Made by a program: the position numbers and the translations under genes
Source: Peribolospora baueri
Lineage: Eukaryota
Assembly: GCA_029717555.1 (NCBI GenBank)
Contig: JAMDHS010000019.1
Coordinates: forward strand, 1 to 64,000
Direction of reading: 5' to 3'
Length of the DNA: 64,000 nucleotides
Notes under the pieces: generated by a model
Databases searched by the model: none
What the model was told of the DNA's origin: nothing
The model's input: the letters and a program-made list of their open reading frames with translations, nothing else
Shown here: one piece after another, positions 10,693 through 23,666 of the stretch
Numbering within the stretch: position 1 is the first letter of the stretch
Layout: every line of letters starts with the position of its first letter

Positions 10693-13600
10693 ATGGCTCC
10701 TCGCAGCGTCGCCGCCTCGACCCTGGCGCTCGTCTTCCTCGCTCTCCCGCTCCTCAATCTCTCCTCCGCTCTCCCTCCTCCGGAGATCGTGCATCCCGTC
10801 GGAGAAGAAGCGACGAGGGCGGCGACGTTTAGACGGAACGAGTGGTCCATTGCGCAGAACGGGCAGGCCTTTGCTCGCGATTTCGATCCTGAGTCACTCA
10901 AAAGAATGTGAATCTCTCCTTGTTTCGTCAGCTGCTCCTTGCTCGTCCCCAGTCAAGGCTGTGGTGTGGACCGAGTGTCCAAGGCGGGCTCAACTGGCCA
11001 ACGCCTGTCAAACGTCTGGCTTTCGACGCTTATATTCTGCTTCCACGCCCTCTTTCTCCCTTCGTAGTCCCGTCTTCCTTCCCAGGTTCTATTCGGCCCT
11101 CAAGTCGCAGCGGCCGGTCTCTTCCCAGCCACCTTCGCGGCTCGTGTTCCAGAACGAAGCTCCTTCCTCTTCATTTTCATCTTCCTACCCAGAGAATTGG
11201 GGTCCATACATTTTTGAACAACCTCTCGATCACTCCAATGCCTCCGCTGAACCCGTCACCATACCACAGCGATACTGGATCTCCACGGAATTCTACCGGC
11301 CCGGTGGGCCCGTCATCGTTTTAGACGGCGGAGAGACGAGCGGCAAGAACAGACTTCCATTCCTTGAGAAGGGGATCGTGGACAGGCTCGCGAGGGAGAC
11401 AGGGGGTGTGGGCGTCATTCTCGAGCATCGGCGAGTCTCCTTCGCTGCCTCGTTTGTTGAGAGAGGGACAAGCCTGACTGCGCCTTCCTTTCCAATCGAC
11501 CTCTCGATCGACGTCCACCGTGCTTTCGCTTCCACCTCACAGGTATTACGGCGAATCTTTGCCGCCCTTCAAGAACTACACGGTCGACGAGCTCCGCTGG
11601 CTGACCAACGAACAAGCGCTCGAGGACAGCGCTCGGTTCATCAGAGAGGCCGGGAAATCGGTGAGTGGCTACGGCCGGTAGAGAAATGGCGCCAAAGAGC
11701 TGGGTTGAGGGGCGAGACGCGCCTCATTCGCCTCTCGTGCGGCCTCTTATTGTCCGGCGCGCACGCTTCAACTCTTTGCGAATATCTCCTAGGCTGACAT
11801 ATTTCCTTCTCGCTCGCTGCATATATCCACGATCCCTACGGACAGTTTCCTGGCATCGACGCCGACCTTTCCGCGCCGGGTACACCTTGGATTTACTACG
11901 GAGGCTCGTACGCGTAAGTCCCGATCGACAGGCTCCCTCTTCAGAGTCTGAATTTACAAGCTAGCGTTTCTTACCCTACGCTCTGACGTCGGCAGTGGAG
12001 CTCGAGCAGCGGTGAGTTGGTTGACCGACGTCTTCAAGTGTCAAATTTGTGGCCCCCTTCTGCGGCGGACTATTCCTGACCCCGTCTCTCAACCTGATAT
12101 ATACTTCTATAGCACATGAGAGTCCTCTACCCCGATATCGTCTTCGGGGCCATCGCTAGCTCAGGAGTTGTGCACGCCTTCCACGGTACGCTTAGCACTC
12201 TCCCTCTCTCTCCGTCAACCGTCCTTTCATTCTTAACGCCCTCCTGTCTGCGCCACGTGCCTGCTCTGCCTCGTCCTCCTTCCCGCAGCATACCCTGAAT
12301 ACATGGAACTTATCGGACGTGCCGCCCCGATCGACTGCTCCAAAGCGCTGCAGGAGAGCGTGCAAGCGATCGACAACATTCTCTCTCCTGAGCCACCTTA
12401 CACGCGTGACGAGGACCAGATTCAAGTGCTGAAGGAGCTCTTTGGTCTCGGTGGTGTCAAGGACGATAGAGATTTCGTACACGCCCTCACCATTCCGCTC
12501 GGGTCGTTCCAGGTGAGTTAGTGATTCGAAGCAAGGTTAAGCCAAGCTTCACGTGTGGACAGTGTCGGACTTGTACGGTTGGCGTCCCTGGCTCGTCTGT
12601 TTGCTTGCTTTTCCGAAATTCATCCCTCTCTCATCATTCGCGAACTGCGCGCAATGCAACAAAGGCTCAGAACTGGGATGAAGACGTCAGCTTGCCCACG
12701 TTCGCTCGTTTCTGTCAAGCTCTCGTCTCTCCAGCTCCCTCCCTCTCCGAGCCCGATTCCGACACCGTTGACTCGGGAGGCGAGTTCGCACCACACCATC
12801 GGCTGCCCTACCTTCCCTCTTCCGTCCTGTCCTACGCGGCATACATACGCGACAACGTTGTGGCCGCGTGCCTGAACGGCGAAGATCAAGAGGATTCCGG
12901 AGCGGTATCGTCGTTAAAGGCGAGGAAGTCGTTGGACTCATCGACCAAAGAGGAGACGGACGACGAAAAGGTGGAGAAGTGCTTTGGATCGCAAGATAAG
13001 CACCAGTACGAGGACATCAGCGCGAAGACATTGCCGTGGAGGGCTTGGCTATTCCAGGTCTGCACGCAATGGTAAGTAGCCCCGAGCGTTTTGTTGTCCT
13101 GTTAGAAACTCCGTGAGGGCCGGCCCGTTGGCGTTCGTCTCACTCATTCGACGCCCCCGTTCTACGGAAACCCGCCCAAAGGGGCTACTTCTTCACCTCG
13201 CCCCTGAACACGAGCTCCTCCCGCCCTCGAATCGTCTCCAAACTCCTCGACCTCAACTTCGCCGTTAAGCCCTGTCGCGACGCCTTCCCCCCTGGCGAGC
13301 ACTTCCAGGTTCCCGAGCTGCCAAACATCTCCTCCGTGAATGATATCGGCGATTTCGCAATCAGGGCCAAGAGACTCGCTTTTGGTTCGTTTCTTGTCGG
13401 CGAAATAGGTTGAGATGGCGCTTGAGACGAATGGGGACGATTTTGTTACTGACTGTCCTTTGACTCCCCGGCGTCATTCCGGCCCGCATGGTTATCTTCA
13501 ACCTGCGTTTTGGTTTCATATGACATTGGCCTCCCCCCTTCTCTGTCTACCTCGCGCGCGCACAACGCATGGGTTCCGATCGATCTCTTCGGCAACGAAA

Positions 13601-14239
13601 CACAACTACAGTCGATGGCGAGTTTGATCCCTGGCGCCCGGCGACAGCTCATTCAGAGCAGTACGCTCAGGAAAGAACTGATACGCTCGAGGAGCCTTAC
13701 AAGCTTATTCCGGGTGAGTGGATCAAACGGACCGAAAGCGAGAGACGACGTTGAAGGCCTGGAGGGGATGGACGACAAGTCGAGAGTCTCGGTGGGGAGC
13801 ACTTTACCGGTGCTGAGCCGAGCTGACCACGCCTTTACGCCTTTACGCTATCTTTCTCGTCATTCTATCGTTCACTCCCTTACCGGCCATCCACGATGAT
13901 CTGGCCTGTCTGAATAGATTGCTGGCACCACTGTGAGTGACTTGCCAGTCGCATCGACGGCAGCGTCCCTCGTTCTCAAGCGCATATGCCTGCTCTTCAC
14001 TCTACCACGGCTTTGTTCCTGATACGCGACAATCTCGTTTTATCCTCCCACTCGTGTTCATTCTCTCCAAACCGCACCACAAACCGCTGCATTCCGTGTC
14101 GTGCGGCATCGCAGGCGACGAGAACGGTCTGCATCCCCCCTCGTCGGAGCCGCCTCGGATTCAGGACATTCACGCCGCAGAGGTGGCTTTCGTCAAGAGC
14201 TGGTTGGAGGAGTGGGAGACGAAGGCGGTAAAGGCGTAG
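10693..14239 (+). CDS. Secreted serine carboxypeptidase, family S28 (multi-exon)
   Basis: Signal-like N-terminus, FEQPLDH, QRYWI...YRPGGPVIVLDGGE, LEHR/YYG, LRWLTNEQALED, nucleophile motif YGGSY, DGEFDPWRP and spliced HHCDENG. First intron 10908-11085 restores the frame. Confidence 0.9.
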
Positions 14240-14827
14240 GGGCTCTTCGAGAATCGGACTACTCGAGACTCTCGGGTCGGGTCTAGGGCCAACAAGATCG
14301 AGACGAGTTGGAAGGGTCGTGGTCGGAACAGATATAAGGACGTGGTCGGGCTTTAGGAAATGTGTCATCGCATTGGAGTAGTTGTAGAGTACCTGGCTCA
14401 CGGAAGGATGATACCCAGATGGTCCTGATATCAGCACGGGACGACGTTCCCTTGTTCGTTTTCTGGGTTCTTTCAGGCGACCCGAGGCGCCGCCTAAGGC
14501 CGCTCCCGATCACCGTCGGCGCTGTTGAACTGGAGACCCGGCCGGGGGCTTAAAGCTGGACACCGACATCGACATCGTCAGCGTCAACGTCCGACTCCTA
14601 CATACCACCGTCTCTCATCTCGTCTCCACACGGTCTTTTCCTCCTCGCCCCACGGTCAATCGGCCTTGTCATAGAGCGGTCGACGACCTGTTTCCTCCTC
14701 GCTTCCTCGGACACGCCTTGTTCTCCTAGCCCCGAGGCGTCCCGTTCAGCCAGCAGGGCTCCGTCACTTACCCACGTCGTAACCGCCGACCGAGTCGACA
14801 CACATCTGTGGCCTGTATCTGTGAAAG

Positions 14828-15655
14828 ATGCTCATCAAGGTTAAGGTGAGGAGAGGAGAGAAAAGAGTCGAGGCGGTGCGGCACTGGCGGAGCAGAACTC
14901 CATCCGTCTTCGGCCTGCTATCCATGAAGACGTGCGAGTCCCCGTTGATCGCTTTCGGTTCTCGTGCCTCCTCCTGCGCCCCTGCGAACTCCAATTCAAC
15001 ACAGACGCTCACCGGAAAGGAGGTGAGTGAGCGATCGCACGTATTCCCTCGCAACGGGGTGGGAGCACGCATCAGATCTTATGACTTTGAATCTGTCGAT
15101 TCTCCTCTCTCCTCGCTCTCCCCCGTTTCGATCATCTCTTTAGATCGAGCTCGACATCGAGCCGACGGACAAGGTACGTTTTCGTTTGCTTTTCCTTGAT
15201 TGACATGCGCCCAACGCGCTCCTGAATCCGCGTCGCTCCAGGCCTCTTGCCATGACCGATCCGAACCTAACCTAATCTCTCTATCCGGCGTGTTTCTTCT
15301 ATGCGCGCACCCTCAGATCACGAGGATCAAGGAGAGGGTTGAAGAAAAGGAGGGTATCCCCCCCGCTCAGCAGAGACTCATCTTCGGTGGAAAGCAGATG
15401 TGAGTCGTCGGGCAGGGCGGGCCGTCGAAAGAGGAAGAGCGGGCTGGGCGCGATGGTGTTGGCTCGTATCGTGCGCACCGTCTGGTCCCTCATCTTCACT
15501 CGTCTTTTCTTCCTCTCTTCCGCACGCCGTTCCGATCCGCGCGCCCTCACTCCCGCAGGCACGACGAAAAGACGGCGAAGGATTTTGGCGTCGAGGGAGG
15601 CTCGGTGCTCCACCTCGTGCTCGCTCTTCGTGGGGGTCGTATTTCCAGCACATGA
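14828..15655 (+). CDS. NEDD8: NEDD8/Rub1 ubiquitin-like protein (5 exons, including 18-nt micro-exons)
   Basis: Spliced product [85 protein letters not shown]. Confidence 0.95.
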
Positions 15656-16015
15656 GTCAGTAGGAGCGCATTATTTGGAGGGATTTGGCGGAGAAGGAGG
15701 TCGGCGCGAGGAAAGGAGGCTAGGTTTGCCAAAGTGGTAGAGTGAGGACGTATGAAGGAGATGGTTAATGTGCCGATCGAACGAACGAATGCGAGCCTCT
15801 TTCGGCTCTCCAGATGCCTCTTTCTTCCCTCGTTTGCACGGACGAGACGGCGAAGGACAGCCGATGGAAAGGGTTCGCTAGTCACTTAAATCCGTGGCCG
15901 GAATGGTCTCCGATGGCGTGGCTCTGAGCGTCTCCGCTTCCTTCCGGCGGGGCTGGCTACCTTACTCGTACAAAAGGGCGTCAGAATGCGAGGATCGGTG
16001 GGAGGTGAATCGAGC

Positions 16016-16669
16016 TCAGTGGGACGACGACGCTTGTCCGGCGCCAGCGAGGCGCTGCTTCACCTCTGCGTCCCTGGTCGGATCGACGAGGCTGCCCACG
16101 ACGGTGTAACCCCGCTCGGCCTTCCTCCTCAGCTCCGGCACCTCCCTCCCCTCCGCGTCCACCCATCGTCCGCCTGTCTTCCCTTCCCGCTCCGCCCTGC
16201 TCGCTCCGATCGCGGCCGCCTCGTCGCCGTCGGCTTGCCATCGCACGTTTTCGACACGGAGCAACTCTTTGACGCCCAAGATCATGCCGGCCACCTCTGG
16301 AGAGTGCGCATGGTAGACGCTCTGCATGCGTCGCTTGATACCCAAGGCTTCTAGGATGCGAGAGGAGCGCACGGGCAGGCCGATAGAGGAGCGCGTCAGC
16401 GTCACTTTGAAGTGCGTCGTCTTCGGCGTCGTCGTCGTCTGCGGGTCGGTCTGCATTGCTGCTGAATTCGGCGCCGGCTCCGGCGCTGCAGCGGAGGAGG
16501 AAGGAGAGGAGGAAGCGGAGGCGGGGTCGCTGGAGGAAGAAGCGGTGCTTGTAGAGAGGTAGGCCCGGTGAGGGAGGAGGGAGAGTGCTCGACGAGAGCT
16601 GGTGCTGTACGCTGCTGCTGCCGCGGCCGCCGCCGTTGAGCGGGCAAGGTGGCTGAGGTGGACGACCAT
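16016..16669 (-). CDS. MRPL33: Mitochondrial ribosomal protein uL30m (yeast Mrpl33-like)
   Basis: THFKVTLTRSSIGLP...ILEALGIKRRMQSVY....PEVAGMILGVKELLRVENV preceded by an Arg/Ser/Ala-rich presequence-like region. Confidence 0.85.
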   Translation of the reverse strand: MVVHLSHLARSTAAAAAAAAYSTSSRRALSLLPHRAYLSTSTASSSSDPASASSSPSSSAAAPEPAPNSAAMQTDPQTTTTPKTTHFKVTLTRSSIGLPVRSSRILEALGIKRRMQSVYHAHSPEVAGMILGVKELLRVENVRWQADGDEAAAIGASRAEREGKTGGRWVDAEGREVPELRRKAERGYTVVGSLVDPTRDAEVKQRLAGAGQASSSH

Positions 16670-17015
16670 GTTGAAAAAAAGGGGTCCGGCCACTGTGCTT
16701 TTGTCGTCCGTGGGATGGTGCGATGACGGTCGACTGAGGGCGACTGAGAGCGACCGCGAATCTCTTGGACGAGGGGAGACTTGGAAATAGCCTCCACGTG
16801 GGCGTGAGAATAATCACGTGACACCGAAGACCGTTCCTGCCCTGCCCTTGCCGCTTACCGTGAAGACGGAAACGGACGCGGCGGAAAAAAGTCGGTGGCA
16901 GAATCTCTACTTGGCTCGTCTCGTCGTCTCTCCCTCCATCTCCATTCTCACTTCCTCTGTCCTCCGTTGACGCTTCATTCTCGAAGCGACACAAGAAAAC
17001 ACTCAGATCGCAATC

Positions 17016-19769
17016 ATGGGTGAGTGAGCCGAACAGAGAAGAGAAGAGCAGTACAATGCAGTGCAGTGCAGAGCAGGACGGAGACGAGCAGCTACAGCCC
17101 GCGTCGCCCATCGCGCGTAGGGTAGGGAGAAGGACGTGTGAAGCGAGAGACTGGCGCCGGAGGCGCCCTCACTTCCCAGCGATCCTCCGACTGAGCGACG
17201 GCGACCTCGTCTCTTCTCTCATATTCTCTCATGCGCAGGTCCCAAATCGAAAAAGCAAACGGTCTCTCTGGCCGACTTTTTGGCCGATGACAGTGCGTTC
17301 TTCTCGTCCTTGCCCTTCTGACGGACGCCTTCTTCGTGTCTCTTCGTCCAGCGATGGCGATGATTTTGGTGGTGAAGACGCCGACGCTTACCCTTCGTGC
17401 TATCCTGTCTTCATCCACCTACGTCCGTCACTTCCTCCCCTTTCCGCCGTCTTCCTACGCGCCTTTTGTCTTCCTTCTCAACCAGCTTTCGGCTCGTGGG
17501 CCGATGAGATGGACAGTCTGCCCACCGCTCGTGAGTTGCCACGATCCACTGGTGCTCCACCATGTCTTGTCTAATTCCATTGCGCTCATTGTCATGCCCC
17601 TCCCGCCTCGCCCAACGACGCTAATCTCCGTCACGTCCCAGCGGCTCCACGCACGGAATCCTCCTACACTCGACGGGGAGGCGACTTCCTCTCCTCGGTC
17701 CCTGATCGCGCCGAGCGCGACCGCATGATGGGAGACCGCGCCGGCCCTTCCCTCTCCCGCTACCCTCCCCGCGAGGAGCTGCCGCTGCCCACCGTGCCGC
17801 CTTTCACGGCCTTCGTCGGTAACCTCGCTTTCGACCTCGCTGAGCCGGATGTGGAAGAGTTCTTTGCTCCGCACAAGGTGATTTTCTCTTTCATTGCGAT
17901 ATTCCTAACCGTCCCCCCTCCACTCATATCCTGGTGTATGTCCGCATTTTCCTTTGTCCCCTTGTCCACACAGATCGTGAGCATTCGCATTGTCCACGGT
18001 CCTGACGACCGTCCGAAGGGCTTCGGCTACGTCGAGTTCGAAACCCTAGATGGACTCAAGGCGGCGCTGGACAGGACCGGCCTCCAGCTGTTGAACAGGA
18101 CTGTGCGCGTGAGCGTGGCCGAACCTCGTGAGTCGCCTTCCCGAACCTATCTTGTTTAAACGGTTGAGGAAGCCGTCCGACTGGCGATCGCCACCTAACT
18201 CGTGCTCTGGGCCCTTCTGCGCTCATCTCACCAGCCAAGGAACGGGGTCCCTTCGAGGAGGACAAAGCGGACGCGGCCTCCACCTGGCGTCGCCAGGGCC
18301 CTCTTCCTGCCATGGACGGCCCCGGACCCCGAGGAGGCCTGAGAGATGGTCCTCCCCGGACCGGTTTCGGTGGAGGCTCTGGTGGCGGTTTCGACGATAT
18401 GGCGGTGACCGACGGCGTCCGCGCAGGATTCGGATCCAAGTTCACGCCTCGTGAGCCGGTCGGCGCGGGGAGCAGCAGGGAGGGCCCGAGGTTCGGCGCC
18501 CCTAGGAGGGGCCTTGGCGAAGGCGCGGATACGCCTGAGACGCCGTCTCCCGCGGAGGAGGCTTCTGACTGGCGGTCCAGCGGTCCACGTCGCCATGCCG
18601 CAGAGCCTCGCCGCACGCTCTCCCGCGGCGCGAGCTACAGCTCGATCAACAGTTCTGCTGCGGACGAGACGCGCTTCCAGGGCGAGCGCATGGGCATGGG
18701 AAGCAAGGTTGCACCGGCCGGTCCTTCCCCTCCGCAGAGCCCCGGAGGACTTGCAGGAAAGAAGGGTTTTGGATTCGACAGGCGTGCTAGCACTGCGTCT
18801 TCTGCTGTGGATGAGCCGAGCGATTGGAGGGCCGCCCCGAGGAAGGGCGTCTCTGGGCCTGCTTGGAAGGGCAGTGAGAAGGCTGGGGGTGCGTATTGTC
18901 TGCCTTTGTTGCTCTTTCCGCGGGTCTCGGCCTCGTCTGCTCCTCACGCTAACGCTGTGTTGCTTGGATCGTCCCTCTTCGTTCACGCAGAAGCAGCTCC
19001 GCTACAGCGAAAGAAGCTTGAGCTCAAGCCGCGGTCGACGGATTCGGCTACCGCTTCTCCTCTCGCCTCTCCCATGCCGACGCCAGGCGCCTCGAGCCGC
19101 CCGAACCCGTTCGGCGAAGCGCGGCCCGTGGACTCTACGATAGATAGGGAGCGCGATGTGGAGGAGCGGCTGCGAAAGGGTAAGGAGGAAAGGGCGGAGA
19201 AGGAGAAGATCCGAAGGGAGGAGCAGCTGAAGGCGAAAGAAGAGGATAAAAAGACGAGAGAGGAGGAGAAAAAGACGAAGGAGGAGGAGAAGGCCAAGAA
19301 GACTGGTAGCGCCTGGAGGAAGGATGGTCCGCCGGCTGCCGCTCCTACATCGCGGGCGACGGGAGGCGATGCTGCCTCTTCTTCTGAGGGTGCCAACAAG
19401 GAGGACGAGAAGAAGACGAAGGAGGAGGAGAAGGCCAAGAAGACCGGTACCGCTGGGAGGAAGGACGGCCCGCCGTCTACCGCTTCTTCATCATCGGCTC
19501 GCGCTGAGCCTCCCGCTTCTGCTCAGGGTGCCACCACCGCGCCGGAGCAGCAGGCACGGCAGCAGCAACCTCCCAGGCCTCGACCGGTGTCCACGGGTGC
19601 GTGGGGCGCTGGGCGTAAGCCGTCTGGCGCCCTGGTTCCCAACGCTTCCGCCAACCCGTCCTCTCCCGCTCCGGCGGCGAACGGCACGGGCGAGGAGAAG
19701 GAGGAGAAGGAGGAGAAGGCAGTGGACAAGGTCACTCAAGACGTCGAGGGCGTTAAAGTCTCTGAGTGA
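17016..19769 (+). CDS. TIF3: Translation initiation factor eIF4B (multi-exon)
   Basis: ATGG micro-exon, then PKSKKQTVSLADFLADD, FGSWADEMD, RRM PPFTAFVGNLAFD...KGFGYVEF, DWR repeats, RKKLELKPRS and NPFGEARPVD. Confidence 0.9.
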
Positions 19770-21018
19770 GAGCGAGCCCCACGCAGGTGGCACGGGGAGG
19801 AGGCGGGGGGAGGGGGGAAGACGGCCGAGGGCGAAGGAGAATGAAAGGTGAGGGGCAAAGGAGCAAGGATGCCCTCTGTCGCCCCGCCTTCCTTGCTGCT
19901 TTTCGTCAAATTGGTTTCGTCGTCGCGCACCTGCTATTCGTATCCGTTGCTCGGTCCGGCAGTTTCAGTCGACGGGTCGTTTGTTTGCCAGATGTTGGCC
20001 AATCGAAGGCGTCTCGCTGCGAACCCGTCTTCCATTTCCCTCTATGGTCTTTCGCATCCACTTGTTCTCGCTGTGGTCTCTTACATCGTTCATCTGCGTT
20101 CAACGGTCGGTCCGGTGTCGCTGTCGATATGGAGTATGACCGCTCTCGTTGTCTTCGTGTAGCAGACGGGCCAACGACCATCATGTGCTGGCTGCTTGCC
20201 AGCAGCTGTGTGTTCATTCCGTTCCCGCCTATCCTCTCTTTGTTCGTCGCTCGCCCGCTCACGAGTGCTATGCTCTCTCGGTCACCCTTTCTGCAGCCGC
20301 CCGGTTCTGACGCGACGGCTTCGAGTGTCCGCCATCTATACATACATACGTAGCTCCTCTCCTTCATTACTCCACGATCCAGTCAGCCTTCCAGCCTACT
20401 CGGGAGCTGAGCTCTCGTCGGTCGCCCGTTCTCTCAAGCTTCGGCTGGCACCTTTGCTTGGTTTCGTCCTCGTTCATGTCGCACAAAAAGGCAGCAAACG
20501 GCACTGCACCCATGAGTGGGGTGACCTCGCATCGCTGTCTCTCTCACTCTCCTCTTCCTTTCACCGTGAGCCTCGTCCCCCCTTCCTGTCGGTCTCCGTC
20601 GTTCAGATCTCCGTCGTTCAGGCCGTCCTGTGCGAGTAGATCTGGTCATGCTGTCTCTGCAAATCATCCATGGTATCGTACGCTACACCTCCCTGCCTTG
20701 GACGGGCTTCCTCCTCGCCCCGCTCCAGCCGTCGGTGACACCATACCAAAGCAATGATCTCGTCGGGCTCGTGCGCTCGCATGCTCAGAACACATGCGCA
20801 TCTCATCTGATACCCGGGCTCGCGCTTCCTTCCCAGCCAGCCGAGGACGCGACCCTTTTGCCCGACGGCCCCCGCGGCATGGGCGCTTTGCTCGATTCGT
20901 GCGCCTTGGTTCTCATTCCTTTGGATCAAGCTCCGCCAAACAGATAGCCGAACGGACGTCCACAGATTGGGGTCCCTGGGCGGGGCGTTCCGCGCCACCC
21001 TTCCGCTCATTCTATTAT

Positions 21019-23189
21019 TTAGGTCTTCAGGAAACTCTTATACACTTCGTTGTGCGTCTCCTCCACGTAGATGTATCCCAAAGCCTTGAGGAACGCGTCA
21101 AACTGCTCGTTCTCGTCCGGCGGTACCTGCACGCCAGCGAGCACCTTTCCGATGTCAGCGCCATGGTTGCGGTAGTGGAAGAGAGATACGTTCCAGCCCA
21201 CGTGGAGGCCGTTGAGGAACTTGCGCAACGCTCCCGGCCGATCGGGAAATTCTGGAGACGGTGAAGCAAGGGTTTAGTCCGGTCGTCAACGGGCAAGCCA
21301 GGAGACAGTTAGATAGAACGAGAGAGCGGTCGCATAGCTCACCGAATCGGAAAACCCTCTCGTTCACCACCTCCTTCCTCCCGCCAACGAGATATCTTGC
21401 GTGGCTCTTCGCCATCTCGTTGTCGCTGATGTCCGTTGCAATCATCCTGTCTCTGGCCATCCCGGCGATGATTTCATTCAGCTCGGCGGCTCGAGGATCC
21501 ACGACAGGGGCAGAGCCGGCACCAGAACCGGGTCGAGAGCGGATTTTGGGTTTCGCGGCACTCGATGCCGATACTCCGGTCCCCACATCGGCGGCGCCAT
21601 TGCTGGCCAAGGCCGAAGGAAGCGGTGTGGAGGAGAGGAGGAAGGAGACGTAGATGTACGCCTGATCGGCTCCCGAGTAGCGGTAGGAAATCTCCGTGAT
21701 GGAGCGAGGGAAAATGTGAGAGACGAGCTTGAGAAAGCTGCGCAAATCGAACATTCGATGTAGAAGAAGAGAGGCACATATACATCAAAAAACTTGACCA
21801 TCCTGATCGCCATCAGGTGACTTTCATCAAGAACAATCGGCAGCTCACGTTCCCGGCTCCTCTGGAATGACAACGCTCAGCAAGGCCTCCTTCCTCTCGC
21901 CCAACTCGGCGCGTTCGGCCACGAACCGGAGGCGACTAAAGTTGATGTTGGCGCCGCTGACGACAGCGACAAATTTTTTTCCGGCGTCTTTGAGGCCCTG
22001 ATGTTGAATATATCGCTTCATGCCGGCCACGGCCAGCGCGCCGGCTGGTTCGGCGACCGAGCGGGTATCTGATAATGGGGAAGCACAGCACAAAAAAAGA
22101 CGAGGAAGCGTCGATATGACTGGATCGGCAGGAACGGAACGCAAGCTCGTCTGAATCCTTGCTCACCTTCGAAAATGTCCTTGATGGCGGCGCAGATCTC
22201 GTCATTGCTCACCCTCACGATGCCATCGATGGGAAGGTCGCGGCAGACGCGCCAAGTTTCCTCGCCGACCAATCTGACCGCGCTGCCGTCGCTGAAGAGG
22301 CCGACCTCGTCAAGGGTGACCCTTTCTCCCTTCTCCACGCTCCTCGCCATGGCGTCCCCGTCGAACGTTTCCACTCCAATCACCTTGACATGCGGAGGCG
22401 CGAGGCGCTTGACGTAGCTCGCCACGCCGGCAAGCAGGCCCCCTCCACCGACGGTACAGAACACGGCGTCGAGGCTGTTCAAATCCACCTGCCGACACAG
22501 TTCGACGCCGATGGTGGCCTGGCCTGCGATGACGTATGGCTCGTCAAACGGCGGGACCATAGTGAGGCCCTGCGATTTGGCCAGACGAGTGCACTCGGCC
22601 TTGGCCTCGTCAAAGTCGACGCCGTGGAGAACGACCTTGGCACCGAGGCGGGAGACGTTGAGCGTTTTGATGGCGGGCGTGTTGAGTGGCATGACGATGG
22701 TGCAGGGGATCGAGAGCTTGGCGCCCGCCATGGCGACTCCCTGGGCGTGGTTGCCTGGGGAAAAAAAATGAAAGCGGGCAGAATGGACGTGAACATCCGC
22801 CGAGCCTCGCGACATGGCTTGCTCCGCTCGCCGCTACACTCACCTGCGCTACATGCGACCACACCCCTCCATTTCTCCTCCTCCGTCAGATGGGCCATGA
22901 GGTTGTACGCGCCGCGAATCTTGAAGCTGAACACGGGCTGAAGGTCCTCCCTCTTGAGCAAGATGGAGTTGCCGAGCCTTGTGCTGAGGTTGACGGCGGG
23001 CGCGAGAGGCGTCTCGTCGACGACCTCGTACACCCTGCTGGTGAGGCTCATGCGGATGTAGTCCGGCGTGCCATCGGGGAGGAGCAAATGGGGAGGAAGG
23101 CGGCCGTACAGGTGTCGCGGAGGCTCTGATGGCGCCGCCTCCTTCGACGGCGCTGGAGTGAAGGCCGGCTTTTGCTGCATGACGGTCAT
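21019..23189 (-). CDS. ILV1: Biosynthetic threonine deaminase (multi-exon); an in-frame upstream ATG at 23330 is possible
   Basis: [19 protein letters not shown] (PLP-Lys), [40 protein letters not shown], and regulatory repeats IPEEPG and [12 protein letters not shown]. Confidence 0.95.
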
Positions 23190-23331
23190 GTTGAGCAGCT
23201 TGCGGAGCGAGAGGAAGAATGCGACGATCGTCGTCAGTTGACTCGTCGAGAAGAAAAGCGATCGAAGCGATCTTGCAACCCAACACGTGACGCATGTTGT
23301 TATAACTTTACTCAAACTCGTCCGAAACATC

Positions 23332-23402
23332 GCTTTAATGGGGTAGTGGTAACCTAGGACCTTGCCATGGTCCAGCCAGGGGTTCGATTCCCCTTTAAAG
23401 CA
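23332..23402 (+). tRNA. tRNA-Gly(GCC), intronless
   Basis: Acceptor stem GCTTTAA/TTAAAGC, D arm GGGT-AGTGGTA-ACCT, anticodon arm GGACC-TTGCCAT-GGTCC, T arm AGGGG-TTCGATT-CCCCT, followed by a T-run Pol III terminator. Confidence 0.97.
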
Positions 23403-23666
23403 ATTGTTTTTGCATTTTTTGCGACGTTAGCTGGCTTGCCCGTCCCGGACCCCCCGTCGATGCTCACCCAGAGAATGCATGGCCTTGATCAATACAGCAC
23501 CGCGGAAAGGGAAAAGACACCTTTGACATGATACTTCAATGAGGGTGTGGAGCTGATGCGCCGAGCGCTCTGTGCCACTCTGTGCGTCATGGACCTCGCC
23601 GCGCTCACGCAAATGATTTTGTCAATCAGTCCCTCACCGGGCATATAAACCGCCCGCATCGCTCTT

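Noticed and set aside
19260..19475. Duplicated KKTKEEEKAKKTG..RKDGPP segment in eIF4B
   Set aside because: Ordinary tandem duplication in a low-complexity tail.
20196..20947. Short plus-strand ORFs between eIF4B and ILV1
   Set aside because: No recognisable motif or consistent exon structure; plausibly 3' UTR or intergenic.
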